Shown here one piece after another: positions 44,363 to 57,383 of a stretch of 64,000 nt of DNA (the stretch's first letter is position 1; every line of letters begins with the position of its first letter). The notes under the pieces were generated by a model that worked only from the letters and a program-made list of their open reading frames with translations, searched no databases and was not told the DNA's origin. This DNA comes from Craspedostauros australis (taxonomy: Eukaryota): positions 1-64,000 of the forward strand of contig JALAGF010000963.1 of the NCBI GenBank assembly GCA_030167865.1. The letters are read 5' to 3'. A program made the position numbers and the translations under genes.

Positions 44363-47300
44363 ATGGCATCGACAGGCATCGAGATGTCGAGAACGCATGG
44401 GCGACATGCCCCGGCATCCGACGTCCTGGGCGCTGACGCAGACGATGATCTGAGGCTTTACGTCGAAGGTGAAGCCCCCAATGACGCGCCCGAGCGGCTT
44501 CCTCCAAGATCAATCTCATCGACCCAGCCAACGACTGTGAGCTGGTCACGTCAATTCACTGCCATGCATCGCAAGAACTGGCTGCTCTTGTCGCGAAAAC
44601 CCATCCGTCTTTTCATCATGCTGTTCAGCACCTTGGCATTCAGCCTCATCTGCTTGCCGATTGGATTGGATGATCAGGAATATAGAGGACTTTATGGCCA
44701 CCAGGTTGGGCTGGATTATTGTGGAGTTCCAACAAGTCGTTTCCTCAGCGACGAGCACGTCTTCGTTTTCGGTTCCGATGGATCACTGAACGAATTATTC
44801 CGGGATGGTTTCCTCATCATATTCATCATGCTTGGTCCCATGGTCAACGCCATCATGGCCTTCACGTTCGTGCAGCACGAATTTGGCAACCAGCTCGTTG
44901 GCTCCCTGCGAGCATCAGGGTTGAGGGACAGCGTGTAAGTACCCCATACAGTTATTGCGCTGGTCGTGGAGGAGCGCGAAGTCTGGACATCCAATGTGTT
45001 TGTGCCTGCGCTTTCCAACGCATGTGCAGTTGTGCGGGAGATACATGGCTGGTCGGTGGTTTCCAACCAATGAATCCTGCATCGACTCAAGTCAACAAAC
45101 CCATCAAAGGAAGCTCGCAACTACGTGCAACGGAATCCGAGCATCCCGTGCATTCCAATACACGAATGTATCTCATTGAAAAATGCTCACACCGCTTCCT
45201 TTTCGTCGCTCACCTATTGCCGCGTGCTCGGTTTGTATTTGTTCTTGCACGTGTATCCGTGTCAATCTCTCGTCTATGTATGTCCTTGCGCCATGGCAGT
45301 TACTGGGCTTCGTGGTTTGTGCCGCTGATGGCAATCAATACGGCAAATGCTTTCATCGGAACCATCGGCTTGAAGTTGCAGGTAAGAAGCGTGCGCGTGC
45401 TTCTTCATGCCTTCCACAATACATATGGTTATGGGTTGGGTTTACCTTCATATCACCACGTGCACATGGCGTAGTTGTTGTGTCCTCGCACGCATATGTT
45501 TCCACCTTTTTGCTTCATCTCATGCCATTCCTTCTCATGTCATCTTCATGTCATGGTTCTATGATGTCCTGTTCTATTCCCAACTGCAAATGTGCGACTC
45601 CCCATCACCATACAACACCATCGTGTACACATACGCGCCATGCCATTACACAGCCACTGTATGCCTTCCAAAACATCCATACGTTTGGGATTTTTGCGTC
45701 GATCTTCTTCCTCCATTTCGCCCTCGTCCCAGCATCGTTTCTGCTCGTCGCCATGATGCGTCATATGAAACGCGGCGGCATTGTGTTCATCGTGGTCATC
45801 ATTGCTGCTCTATTCATCGTACCCAGCGCACTGGGGAACTATGATGCTTGGCAACCCACGTGGCATGCGGACTCAGGTGGCTTGTTTTGGAAGAATCAGA
45901 ACACACTCTCCGCACCCAACAGGGGTGCACATTCTTACCGTGCTGCATCTCCAGGTAATGACGGAGTCATAGACCCGTCGGTTGCAGACCTATGTCACGA
46001 GCCCGTGCTCTCTGATTTCGAGGGACACAATCTCAAGACCGAATCACAGCGTGCGGCCATGGGAGATGAAGACTTCTTTCTCGGCTGCTACTTCACCCCT
46101 TCGTGGCATGCTGCGCAATGGAGTTCATCCAGTCGCAGAGGCAAACACATGCTGCCGTTGTACTTTATGCTCCCATACTTCCACTTCACTGGGATGTGGT
46201 CCAACTTCGTTGGCTTCACCGCAATGCCAGAAAGACGCTTCACCATGGAACACCTCACGATGTCACCAGAACAACTGGCGATCGAGTCATTGCCCGTTCC
46301 TCCTAACCCAAAGCATGGCCTCACCTCTGACCTGTTTTCGCAATCTCCGATGATGTTTGTGGAACGCCGGGACGTTGTGGATCCATGTTCCCACGAGCTG
46401 AACCGCTTTGGAAGTTGCCAAAGTCTCGACACGTGCCCAATGCCAGGTCGTGAAGGTGCACTGTTGTGCGACGACATTTACAGGTGTCGCGCAGTGCACG
46501 GTGAACCAACTCAAGATTCGCCATCGGCATTCAAGTGCCTCGTCTACCTCATCCTCAACGCGATCATGTACATGATGCTGGCATCCTACTGGGCGCAAGT
46601 GTTCCCCGGTCTGAACGGGAAGGCTCAGAAGAAGACATTCTTCCTTTCATCGGATTATTGGCTGGGATCGGGGTCAGTATCTCACGATGATCGCCGTGTC
46701 GCCGAAGAGGATGAATGGTTTGATGGAGATACAGATAAGGTCGTGGTGCGCAACGTTTCCAAGAGCTATGGCGAGGTCGGTGCCGTCTGCGATCTTTCCA
46801 TCAACATCAACCGCGGAGAGATCACGGCCATACTGGGTGAGTTTGTGCTGTGGTAGGAGGTGCTGCAGTGCCTCGGGTTGGAATGACCTTGCTCTCGTAC
46901 ATGTGTGGTGTGGTTCTCTTGGGGTTGGGGGTCGAGCACTTCATCCTCGGCTTACTGCAATGCGCATTGTGCATTGTTGATCCTCGCGCGCATTCCCTTC
47001 ATCTAACATCCGCATGCTCACGAACAAACTGACCTACTCTGTTCTGCTCTACTTCACGCTACACTATTTCCTTCCCGCGCGTGTCCTTGCATGAATATAC
47101 GTACATCGCTTCTTCAATTATGTTCCCTTCGCCCCCGAATGACATCAATAGGACACAATGGCGCAGGCAGTAAGTTGTGTGTTGTCGAGAACAGAGCCAG
47201 CGAAGTCACAGTTATCAGCAACGGCGGGCTGATGCGTGTTGTTGAATGCACGCAAATGTGTGCCAGCAGCGTGGAATGCTTGCGGTATGCATGCGTACAT

Positions 47301-50300
47301 GTAGGCATTGACGAGGACGTTGTTGCCGCTAAATGCGCAGCTGTTACTTGATATTGGTACAAACAACAGGACCACTGGAACAGCGAGCCCGACGCGGAAC
47401 GCCTGTCGCCGTTGGCGAGTGATCTTACCACGTCATGTTTACTGGTATCCCTCAACATGCATGCCTTCTTCGCAAAAATCATCTCACGTATGTGTACTTG
47501 TCCCATACTCAAATGAACATGACATCCATCGGCCCATATTCTCTCCAATTCAAATGCGACGGGCAAAACGCACACAAACAGAGACGACTCTCTCTCACAT
47601 CATTTGCTGCGAGACCAGCACTTCGAAAGGAGACGTCCACGTCTTCGGTGCTTCTGTCAACCGCAATCCCAACTCCGTCCGGTCCATGGTGGGCGTCTGC
47701 AAACAAGGTACGTAATGATCTCTCGCACCATGCGACATGACGCGGCATTCTTTGTATGCTATTGTTGCGCAATTGCAACCATTTCGCTTTCCTTCCGATC
47801 GTTGCCTGCGTTTCCATCAAGCTCAATGCTTGTTCATGGAACCTCGTCGATACCACAGCGCGCATTCAACCATACGCGTGATACACTGCAAGATTCTCAC
47901 TTCTCAATGCTATCCTTTCCGCTCTACTCGTACAGATGACTATCTCTGGCACAATCTCACCGCTAGAGAACACCTGGAGCTGTTCGCTGGGTTGAGAGGC
48001 ATCCCTGACGAAGCGATCGGCCCCATTGTCCAGAAGTGGCTCGAAAGCGTCGACCTTGCGGGGGTTCAGTCCCACTACAGCTCGACCTTCAGCGGGGGGA
48101 TGAAAAGACGTTTGTCCGTCGCTCTCTCGACCATCGGAGATCGGCCGCTGGTCATTTTGGATGAACCGACAACGGTAAGAGTAATACCCGCAGTACGAGA
48201 TACGAGACGGCTTGGCCGCATGCTGAGAGATGGAAATGTGCATACAGAAGACTATTCGAACATGTGTGTCACCGGGCATTTCATGAGCATTGCGAGCATC
48301 GAGTATGGATCCCGATGCGTTCCTGAAGTACGCGATTATCTGTGACTGTACTGAATATGTAATTCCCTCACGAATCCCACTCACACTCTGTATGCGAATC
48401 ATATGCATGATCACGAACAACTTGCAATCACTTCCTCGACTCCTGCTGTATCATCTTCTGAAATCCTGACCAGGGTATGGACCCGGTCAGTCGACGTTTC
48501 GTATGGCGTCACATTGACGAGGTCAAGAAGGATAGGGCGATCATTCTCACGACTCATGCCATGGAGGAAGCCGACCTGTTGGCGGACGAAATCGCCATCA
48601 TGCGCAAAGGTCAGTTGGCCGCATACGGCAGTCCTCTGCAGCTAAAGTCTGACCATGGCAGCGCCTTGCACTTTACGTTGCTTGTGAACAAGGAGGACCT
48701 GGCGGACATGGCCGTCCATATCCAACGCTTCTTTGCGGATGACGAAGGCGCAGTTGACATTGGCGTGGCCCCCACAGGCAATATCTCCGTCAATATTCGA
48801 AGCATCGCAGGAAGGGATGGCAAAGGTATCGACCATAACGACGAGAATAACGGCGATGCTAGCGCTGCCGATGACGAGAGCAACCACACCAACGAAGACA
48901 CGGGAGTGAGCGTGGAAAAGCTGGCATCATTTGTTGGGTGGTTGAATGGAGACAAATGCAAGGTGCAGGAGTACAGCTTTTCGAACAGCAGTCTCGAGGA
49001 AGTGTTTCTGAAGGTCACTGGTGAGGAAGGGCCGAAAGATACGGAACAACCAGAGCCGGCACCAGAAGCACAGTCTCCCCCCGAAGCTGGGGGTGAGACC
49101 GCCGGGGAGTCGGAAGGCACAAGTTTGACAGCTGGTTTAGCACCCGGTGTGCTGAGCGAACTTGCTGGTTTCAAACCCAATCTGAGCGTGCTCAACCAAG
49201 TGCGAGCACTTCTCAGATTCTACGTCAGTCGAAATTGGGTTTGGAAGAGCTCCAGGATCAACTACATTCTATCGTTCCTTGCCATCCTGCCGACTCTCTT
49301 CGTTGGTCTTGCCACGGAAAGTAGAACCGAAGAAATGTCCTACGCATTGGTGTATCCCATCGGTGTGGTTTCGTTGGTTTTGGTCAGTCTCAGCAGCGTG
49401 ATCTATTCTGACAGAGCCGACGGTCTCTTCCAGCTGATGAGGACACAAGGGCTGCTTTATGAATCATTTTTGATTTCCGTCACATCATATGCTTTCATCA
49501 TCCAGTTCATCTTCACTTTCGTTACCTTCACTCTTCTCTACATCCTTCCGGTCTTTGCTGAACAGGAGTTCTGCATCGAGGACTCCACCGGGCGCAATTG
49601 CCTAACTCGCTTTGGGGAAAGAACGAAGGTGACGAGGTGGCAGGCTTCGTCTCTTGACTACGATGAGATAGTGGATGGCGTACCTGTGGAGATTTACGCT
49701 TACTCGGCTCCAGGTGGGTACGGTGGAGTCTTCCTTCTGATCCTGTGCTTCACACTTTCAATTCCCGGATCGGTGTTGGCAAGTTCTTTCCTGCCTGGGT
49801 ATCAATTCCCTCTCGTCATCATTGCATGCATCTGCCTCGTGGCATCGAATGCGCCAGACATCATCATGGAGGCAATGTGGAGCCCTCGTCATCAGAGGGA
49901 AAGGAGCTACAAATTCCTGGAGTATTCAGGAAAGGCGACTGGGCCGCTTCCCCGCGACCGCAATTACGATTCATGTCAGCAAACATTCAACACCTCCAAC
50001 CTCGATGAATACTTCGTCAACTGCGCTGGACTGAAGACAGACTATGACTTCTTCGAAATGGATTTGCCAGCATCGGCATCCATGCTTCCGCAGGTGGGGC
50101 TGTTCAATGGACTCCTCCTAACACACCGAAACCGAGTCACGTTCGCGTCCAACATCCCAGACTACGTGGAGAATGTGCTCATCCCCAACATCTCAGGCGT
50201 GAAATGCTCGGGATCGACGTGCGAGTCCCCGTACATATCCAAGCTCTACTGGGAGAGCACATGCTACATGTTTCTGGGATCGCTTTGTCTCGTCGGTCTG

Positions 50301-52168
50301 GGCGTGGGCGTGGCAGCGGTGTTGGCATTCCCGAACGAGCGAGTGTTGAGACTCCGGAGGCGCATCATCCACTGCTTCGATGTATTGCGGTGCCGGAATT
50401 ATGGCGCCTACGCTTCAGCATCGCCTCAAGAGGCGCACGAATACCCCGCAAATGATGACGACGGTATCAGAACTTGTGGTGAGGCGATCGAAGAAAGGAA
50501 TACTGTCGATGGCTTGGTACAGCCCTTCACTGAAGTTGTGGGCACAACAGGAGAAGCCGAAGAGGGTACCCTGTCCGACATCATCACTGTCGACCACAGC
50601 AATATCCCCAGGGATGATATCGCGCCAGTGCTGATGCACAAACTCTCCAAAATATACCCATCGGTGGGAGGACGTCCGCCAAAGAAGGCCCTGCAAGAGT
50701 TGAGTCTTCATGTCCCGAAGGGACAATGCTTGGGATTCCTTGGCAAGAATGTACGTGATGGTACCATAGAAGTGTTCTTGCTACCGAGGCTGTCGCTGTT
50801 CGATGCGACGGTGACACAATGGCGTCGATAATCGATCGTCGATAGTCGATGCCACCAAATCCTCACTCGTGAATATCTCCTCTTCATCTCACAACCATTC
50901 GTACGTTCCTCATCCTCTTTTGAAATGCCATCCGGTCAATCCATCGCCTGCAACAAACCAAACCAATGCAATGCAGGGTTCTGGGAAAACGACCGCACTC
51001 AAGATCCTCTCTGGTGATCACGATCCGACTTCTGGCTTCGCATTAGTGGCAGGATACGATGCCGCCTTGGAACGTATCCCTGTGTTCGAACGCCTTGGCA
51101 ACTGCGCTCAGTTCGATGTGATTTGGAAGAATTGCACAGTTCAGGTTCATCTCGAATTCTTCGCCCGCCTCAAAGGCGTGTCGCACTATCAGGTGGAACG
51201 GGTCGCGCACACCATCGCCAGGGCTGTTGGGCTTGGATCGAATGATGTGTACACCAGAAAGGCGGGTGCATTATCTGGCGGGATGAGACGCCGCCTGTCA
51301 ATCGCAATGTCTCTCGTTGGATCTCCGTCCGTGTTGGTCTTGGATGAGCCGACGACGTAAGTTGACCGATCCATGGCTTGTCTGTTTGCTTATTGGCCTG
51401 CCTTGGCTTGCTGATATGCGCGTGTATGCGAATACACTCGTTTTGATTCGATTTGATTTGATGCGATTTGGTCGCCTCGACACTCTCGGATGCTTCTTCG
51501 TGTGCAGCTTCAAAACGCGTGTGCGTCTCCATCAAGGCAGCCTCCGAGCGACTCCCTCATACTCGTATTGTGAGATCCTTCGTCATTGGACACGCCTTTC
51601 GTCTCACCCTGCCACTGCTCTTGTGCTCACTTCGTTCTTTTTGCGTCTCATCCAACGCACTGACATGGTACGGTTGCTCTTCATCGATACTCGCACACGC
51701 CACCGCAGAGGACTCGACCCTTCCACCAGAAACAACATCTGGGAATTGATCAATTCGTTCAACTCCCATGATCGAAGTGTCATCATCACGACTCACATGA
51801 TGCTCGAAGCCGATGCCTTGTGCAGCAGGATTGCCATCATCGCTGATGGTAAGCTGAAGGTTGTCGGAACGCAGCAATATCTCAAGAACACCTACGGCAG
51901 CGGGTATCTCTTGCAGCTCAACCTCGTCCAAAGTGGACGTGAGAGCCAGGAGCGTGCCATGGACTTTGTGCGCAGGGAGTTGCACCCGGATGCCGAGCTC
52001 ACGGCGCGCCAGGTCAAGACGCTGAACATCAACATGCCGTCGGATCTCAATCTTGAAAGAGCCTTTCGTGCGCTGTACGGTAACAAGAGCGGGGCTGAAG
52101 GTGGAATCAACCAGTTCGTGCTGTCTCAAGCTTCGCTGGAGGACGTGTTCGTCACGCTGGGAGGTTGA
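44363..52168 (+). CDS. Full-size ABCA-subfamily transporter; exons 44363-44934, 45300-45381, 45654-46836, 47152-47169, 47582-47707, 47936-48174, 48474-50750, 50977-51356 and 51709-52168
   Basis: Two TMD-NBD halves. Spliced motifs LGHNGAGKTT, FSGGMKRRLSVA, LDEPTTGMDP, TTHAMEEAD and LGKNGSGKTT, LSGGMRRRLSIA, LDEPTTGLDP, SLEDVF. All junctions are GT-AG and phase-compatible. The start codon is uncertain. Confidence 0.92.
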
Positions 52169-52825
52169 TCAACCAGCGAGGCGATGGTCTCGTTGAATGA
52201 AATTGGACGGCTGTGGTTCTACATCCTCGATTGGGCGATTGCATAAACGCTTGAGTACAAAACCATTTGGATAGCACCTGCAAATGCGATTGTGAGGACA
52301 ATACCAGCTGTAGGCATACATGCGGATGCTGTCGCGTTGCGGCGAGTTCATATCATGCGTCTGCAACTACAGGAGGTCGACGGAAAGCACTTGTCGGCGC
52401 AAGGCGAAATACCATGCGGAGTACTCCACGAGCAGATCGTACAAGTACCATACTACTACTCTAACATTATTTGTGCATTTGCATCATCAAGCTCGCTCGC
52501 GGATGCAAACTGCATTAGCTGACTCTGCTCTCATTAATGGTCGTGCATCGCTTCTGCTTTTCTCTCCGCGCTCGGCCAGAGCATGGAAAGGGTATGGCGA
52601 TGCACACCAGCGTCCCATCACAAATATCATCGATTGCCTTTGCACCATCCTCGCATCCGCCAGCGGTGTTGCTGCATTTCTTCCATCCCATCTGCTGCTG
52701 CTGCTGCTTCTTTCGTCTTGATTTTCCAACTTTGCAAGAGCGCCAACAGAAGGATGTGCATTGAAAACTCTTGGCAACTGCTCGCATGGATGGCATCCGT
52801 GCCCGTCCTGCTTTCATTTCTGCGC

Positions 52826-53272
52826 TCATGGCTGCGGGCAGTTGGCCGAGCAGTCGCGGATGGCCTCTCCGCATTGTCTCGGCCACGTGACGAAACGCTC
52901 GAAGAATTCATTGCAATCTTTGATGCAGTCGCAGCACGCCTCGAATGGCTGTTGGCACGTTGCGATGGGCAATATTTTGGGATTGTTGAAGCGAGCGTCA
53001 TCGCGGTGGCGTGTGGATTGGAATTGAGAGCGGGAAATGGAAAGAACGAAACAGATGGTTGAGTGGATGCATGATGGAGGATCACTTCGTACACACATTC
53101 ACAACTGCATGCAGTTCATTGTGTGCGACGCATTTCAAAGGCAATGTACCCTCGAGTACCCATGGCTCACCTGCAAAATGATCCAGATGAATGATGCGAA
53201 GACCGACACTGGCCATGCGATGAACCACAGCAGGATCAACCAGAGAAGACTGCAGATAGGATTGCCCGACAT
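52826..53272 (-). CDS. 74-aa Cys-rich membrane microprotein; exons 53272-53171 and 52948-52826
   Basis: MSGNPICSLLWLILLWFIAWPVSVFASFIWIILQ|PFEACCDCIKDCNEFFERFVTWPRQCGEAIRDCSANCPQP*, joined by a phase-0 GTGAG...CAG intron of 222 nt. Confidence 0.8.
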
Positions 53273-54352
53273 GTTCGTAACTTGCAGAGATTCGTTGCTG
53301 CTGTTGTTGCTATTGTTGCGATTGTTGCTATTGTTGCTGTTCCATTGACGATTGGATGAGTTGCTTTATTGTGACGACGAGGTGTTTCTCTTGATCCTTC
53401 GAGGCTGCGATTGCGGGATCATCACGGCGCTGAGCACTAATCACATTGCATTGGATCGCACCGCATCACACCACATCCTGCTGTTTCTCTCTCCTCTTTC
53501 CCGAATGATCTCTTTGGTGTTTCTCAGAACATCTCTCCAACTGTCGTTGTCAAAATGTGACACAAGATCAACATCATGTGTCACAAAGGACGGCAATTAA
53601 GGAGAGACATGGCGAATCAACGCAAACAACCAACTTGGCTGCGCGCAACGGCCATCATCGTACGCTTTTCCATCGCCAGATCGTCCTCAACGGACGCGCC
53701 GGGTGTCAAGTGAACGAGTTTGTCCCTGTTGTTGAAGTTGTTGGCGCCATTGTTGTTCTTGGTTGGTGCGTTGGGTTGATCGGAGTGAGAAAGATGGAGC
53801 TTCACATGTTCTGCGAATGCTTCTGGGTATCCTTTTGACTCATTCGATTATTCTTGATATACACGACTCAAAACATCTCATTTGTTTCCACACAAATTCG
53901 TTTCCTTGGTGTTGGACGCGTGCGAGAAGGCCTGCGTCCGTGTGTTGCAACCTGCAGCACAACCCTCGTGTGTTGCCAGGCCAAAACGGCGGTTCTTCCG
54001 GTTTGCTGATGGGGCAAAGACGCGCCTGAATGCGCGTCGAGGATGTGATGCGCGAGAAGGAGAGCTGCGGATTGATGAGCAATGCACCTCGACGGCGGTT
54101 GCACACAATACGTATCATTGCGTGCGAGAGCAATGTTGGGGTTATGGAGCGCAGTATTACTATACAGACGAGTGGACTGCTGTGCTATTGTTTGTATACG
54201 GCCTGACATGGATGACAATTTACCTCGGTAGCGCGGGTGAGTCATTTGGTGTCCGTTCGAACAAAGGCATAGAGATTCGACCGACTCGGTCGAACCGCAA
54301 CGTCCTTGTGCCGTGCATCGTTCTGCAAACAGTTTGTATCCAACTCTATGCT

Positions 54353-56725
54353 CTATATCTTGAACTCTTTCAGGTTCTCCCCTAGTCGTTCGATGATGTG
54401 CATATGCTGCGTCAGGCCGGACCCGAGATTCGAATTTCCAGTCGATAACGTGTCGCCGATCCGAAGCAGCGGCGCGTTGCCGATCCTCGCCTGCGTCTGC
54501 GCCGTTGGCGGGACGACGACGTCGCTGTAGATGTACGGCGTATAGGAGTACAGACTCGTGAGCGGGTACGTGAGTCCGGAGTGGCTGACGAAGAAGAGCA
54601 ACATGAAGGCCATGCTGTTCTTCTTGAAGGCGCTCTTGGGCAGCATGGACGGAATTGGCAATTCTCGGATGGGTATGCCCTTGTTCTTCCGATCCTGATA
54701 GATGTAGCTCAGCAGGTCATACTGATCATCCGTGATGCCGAACATGGCGCTCATGGTTGAGAAGGTGGTCCTGGTATCCTTCATCGCTTCGAAGACATCC
54801 GGGCGGTATCCCACCGACGTGTCCCATCCGAAGCACAGAGAACAGAAATCATCAGATTGGAAATTGTTGATTCGATTGTAGTGGGTTTCGTTGCACAGGG
54901 GGTGGTCGGATGTCATCAGTTCTCTCATGTACGCATGCCACGCGGAGAACATTCCTCGCCTTCGTCTCGCGTATCTGAAATCCATGAACTCCATCGTTCG
55001 CAGCCGGTATGGATCACCTTGCGACGTGACAGGGTACATGATGGTGCCTTGTGCCGTTGTTTGGATGGCGACCTTGGCGAGGAAGTTGAGATCCTTGAGA
55101 ATTGGGTAGTCAGTATTCTGCAGGTAATACCACGGATATTCATCGTCCGCCTTGAGGAAGCTCCTATCTGGCGCCCAATCGGCCATTGTGACGGAGGGTG
55201 TTTTGCTTTTTGCGCTGATCTTGCGAGTGAACGATGACAACGAGGTGGGTGGAGGTGTGTCAGGTTTCACGGCCGATCGTTCCATCGTATCCAGTCGGTG
55301 ACCCGATGCATCGAAAACGACGAGATTCGGGACATCCTCCAAAAGATGACGATGCGTCCGGATGTCTTCGTACAAGAATTTGACGCCCAAATCGCGATTG
55401 GAGATGAGCAGCAACGTCTCGATGATCATGAGCGCGAGGTTGACCTTCCTGTGATCGTCGTCGTCGAACACGTCGTACTCGTCTGTCGTGCTGTCGATCT
55501 TGCTCACATCCTCGTCGTCAGGTCTCTCGCTGTTTCGCACCATAAGCTGATCAAAGAACTTCACGATACGTCGGTCGCCCTTGTTGAACGCGTTGAAAGC
55601 GAGGAACGTGCACCAGTCCCTGGAGTACGCCATCTTGCGGCCGGGATGGTCCACGCGCTTCTCGAACATGAGGATGCGAATGGAATCTTTGATCTCGAGA
55701 TGGTTGAGGACATTCGCGAGCTGCAATCCGACCGGTCCAGCACCGATGATGACGATATTGAGCGTGTCATCTGTAAAATGCTGCTGAATGACCTGTTCCG
55801 CCGTAAACTGGCGCGCCGGTTCCATCTGAGATGCTGGCGACTGCTGTGTCTCTGATCCCGCCGTGGGCTCTGCGCCGTCATCGTTCGTTGTGTTGCCAGC
55901 ATCTTTGCTGGCATCTTTGCCTGTATCAGCCTCCATCCAAGCATCGATGTCACTGTCTTTCGATTCGTTTCGATCCTGCGGACCATCGCAAACGTAGCGC
56001 GAATCCAATCGCACAGTGCAACGTGGCCCCTTGACGAGCTCCGATATCGTCCCCCAGCAGTTGCCGATGAAGTCTTCATCTTCGATTGCGTTGATGGATC
56101 GTGAACAGCGCTTGGTGAGGGCATGGAAGTACCTATCAATGGACGCCTCCCTGTCCCAAATCAGCGGCTCCAGCACCTTCGAGGATAGGTTTGTTTCATT
56201 CGCCAGTTTGGCCTTGCCGTCGCCAAGCTCCTCCAAATAGGGGAACTTCTTGAGCAAGTTGTCCTGCCGCTGATCCCATTCGACCTGCTCATCCGTTCGC
56301 GCATCCACATCATTTGCGATCATGCGATTCCAGGATTGCGTGTGCACGTGGATCAAAATGTTCGCTGCATCGCGGTACAGATCGATGAATTCATCGATGA
56401 TCTTGGGCCAATCCTTGCCTGGCGTATTCCCAAAGACCCTCGCTGTCGTTTCGCCGTCCATCAATGCCGGTCCATCGCTTGTGGACGGCTTGCGAAGTCG
56501 TCCATGACCATCGTCGCCGTCCTGTATTCCCAACAACGCCTGATCCTGAGACGGATCCGCTGCGCTGGGTGAGATGCCTTCCTGACCAATACGCAAGCCG
56601 AGAGAGACCGAGCGCGAGGCTATCAGCGTGCGCGCTGTCTGCCACACGACGACAACGGAGAGGCACTGGATCCACCAACGTCGAGACCACTGCATTGCTG
56701 CGCGTTTCTGAGATGCGGACGACAT
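54353..56725 (-). CDS. Membrane-anchored FAD-dependent oxidoreductase / flavoprotein monooxygenase-like protein, copy A
   Basis: N-terminal anchor, Rossmann NIVIIGAGPVGLQLA..LMFEKR, VFDASG, and a C-terminal LLRIGDT..GSGL (GD-type) motif. Confidence 0.75.
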   Translation of the reverse strand: MSSASQKRAAMQWSRRWWIQCLSVVVVWQTARTLIASRSVSLGLRIGQEGISPSAADPSQDQALLGIQDGDDGHGRLRKPSTSDGPALMDGETTARVFGNTPGKDWPKIIDEFIDLYRDAANILIHVHTQSWNRMIANDVDARTDEQVEWDQRQDNLLKKFPYLEELGDGKAKLANETNLSSKVLEPLIWDREASIDRYFHALTKRCSRSINAIEDEDFIGNCWGTISELVKGPRCTVRLDSRYVCDGPQDRNESKDSDIDAWMEADTGKDASKDAGNTTNDDGAEPTAGSETQQSPASQMEPARQFTAEQVIQQHFTDDTLNIVIIGAGPVGLQLANVLNHLEIKDSIRILMFEKRVDHPGRKMAYSRDWCTFLAFNAFNKGDRRIVKFFDQLMVRNSERPDDEDVSKIDSTTDEYDVFDDDDHRKVNLALMIIETLLLISNRDLGVKFLYEDIRTHRHLLEDVPNLVVFDASGHRLDTMERSAVKPDTPPPTSLSSFTRKISAKSKTPSVTMADWAPDRSFLKADDEYPWYYLQNTDYPILKDLNFLAKVAIQTTAQGTIMYPVTSQGDPYRLRTMEFMDFRYARRRRGMFSAWHAYMRELMTSDHPLCNETHYNRINNFQSDDFCSLCFGWDTSVGYRPDVFEAMKDTRTTFSTMSAMFGITDDQYDLLSYIYQDRKNKGIPIRELPIPSMLPKSAFKKNSMAFMLLFFVSHSGLTYPLTSLYSYTPYIYSDVVVPPTAQTQARIGNAPLLRIGDTLSTGNSNLGSGLTQHMHIIERLGENLKEFKI

Positions 56726-57383
56726 GGAGTAGGAGTGTTGCGGGAACGTGGCCTTTATGGCAATGTGGTTGATCCACCGATTGTTACCGCGGAGTGCTGT
56801 GTCTTCGACCTGTTTGGCAGTTTGCGAGGATTCCGCACGTATGAAATCAGGAGAGAAGACAGTGGTCGGAGGCTGGCGAAACCAACAGGCACAAGGAATC
56901 CGAGCAATGACACACAGGAATTTGTGTTGGTAGCAGAGGAGTGACCAATCCCCAGTCTTGTGCGATGTGTCGCCCTTTTTGGTGGCGTCTTTGTTCCATT
57001 TTTGGCACGGTGTTGTCTTCAGGTCCTGCGACTATTCGCGTGCCGACTTTTTTCGTTCATGGAATGGTACGAGACAAGTCTTGTTTGAGATCACTGTGTC
57101 GGTCAACCTCCGTTATCGGCCATCCAAGACGCCACGCAAGATTCGCCCAAATCAACCGATGAGATGTAGTACCGACATCCGATTTTGCACCACTCCAATC
57201 ATCAACATCCTCACTCATCTCATCTCTTTTCGTCACATGTTCTTTCGCAAAGCACGGAAAGGGCATCATCACATGAAAAACCCATCAGAGTGAGAATGTG
57301 ACGTTAGAAATACGAGCTATCATATTCTACATAATATATTACATAATATTCTATTATACTATTGAGGTGCATGGTACCGTGCG

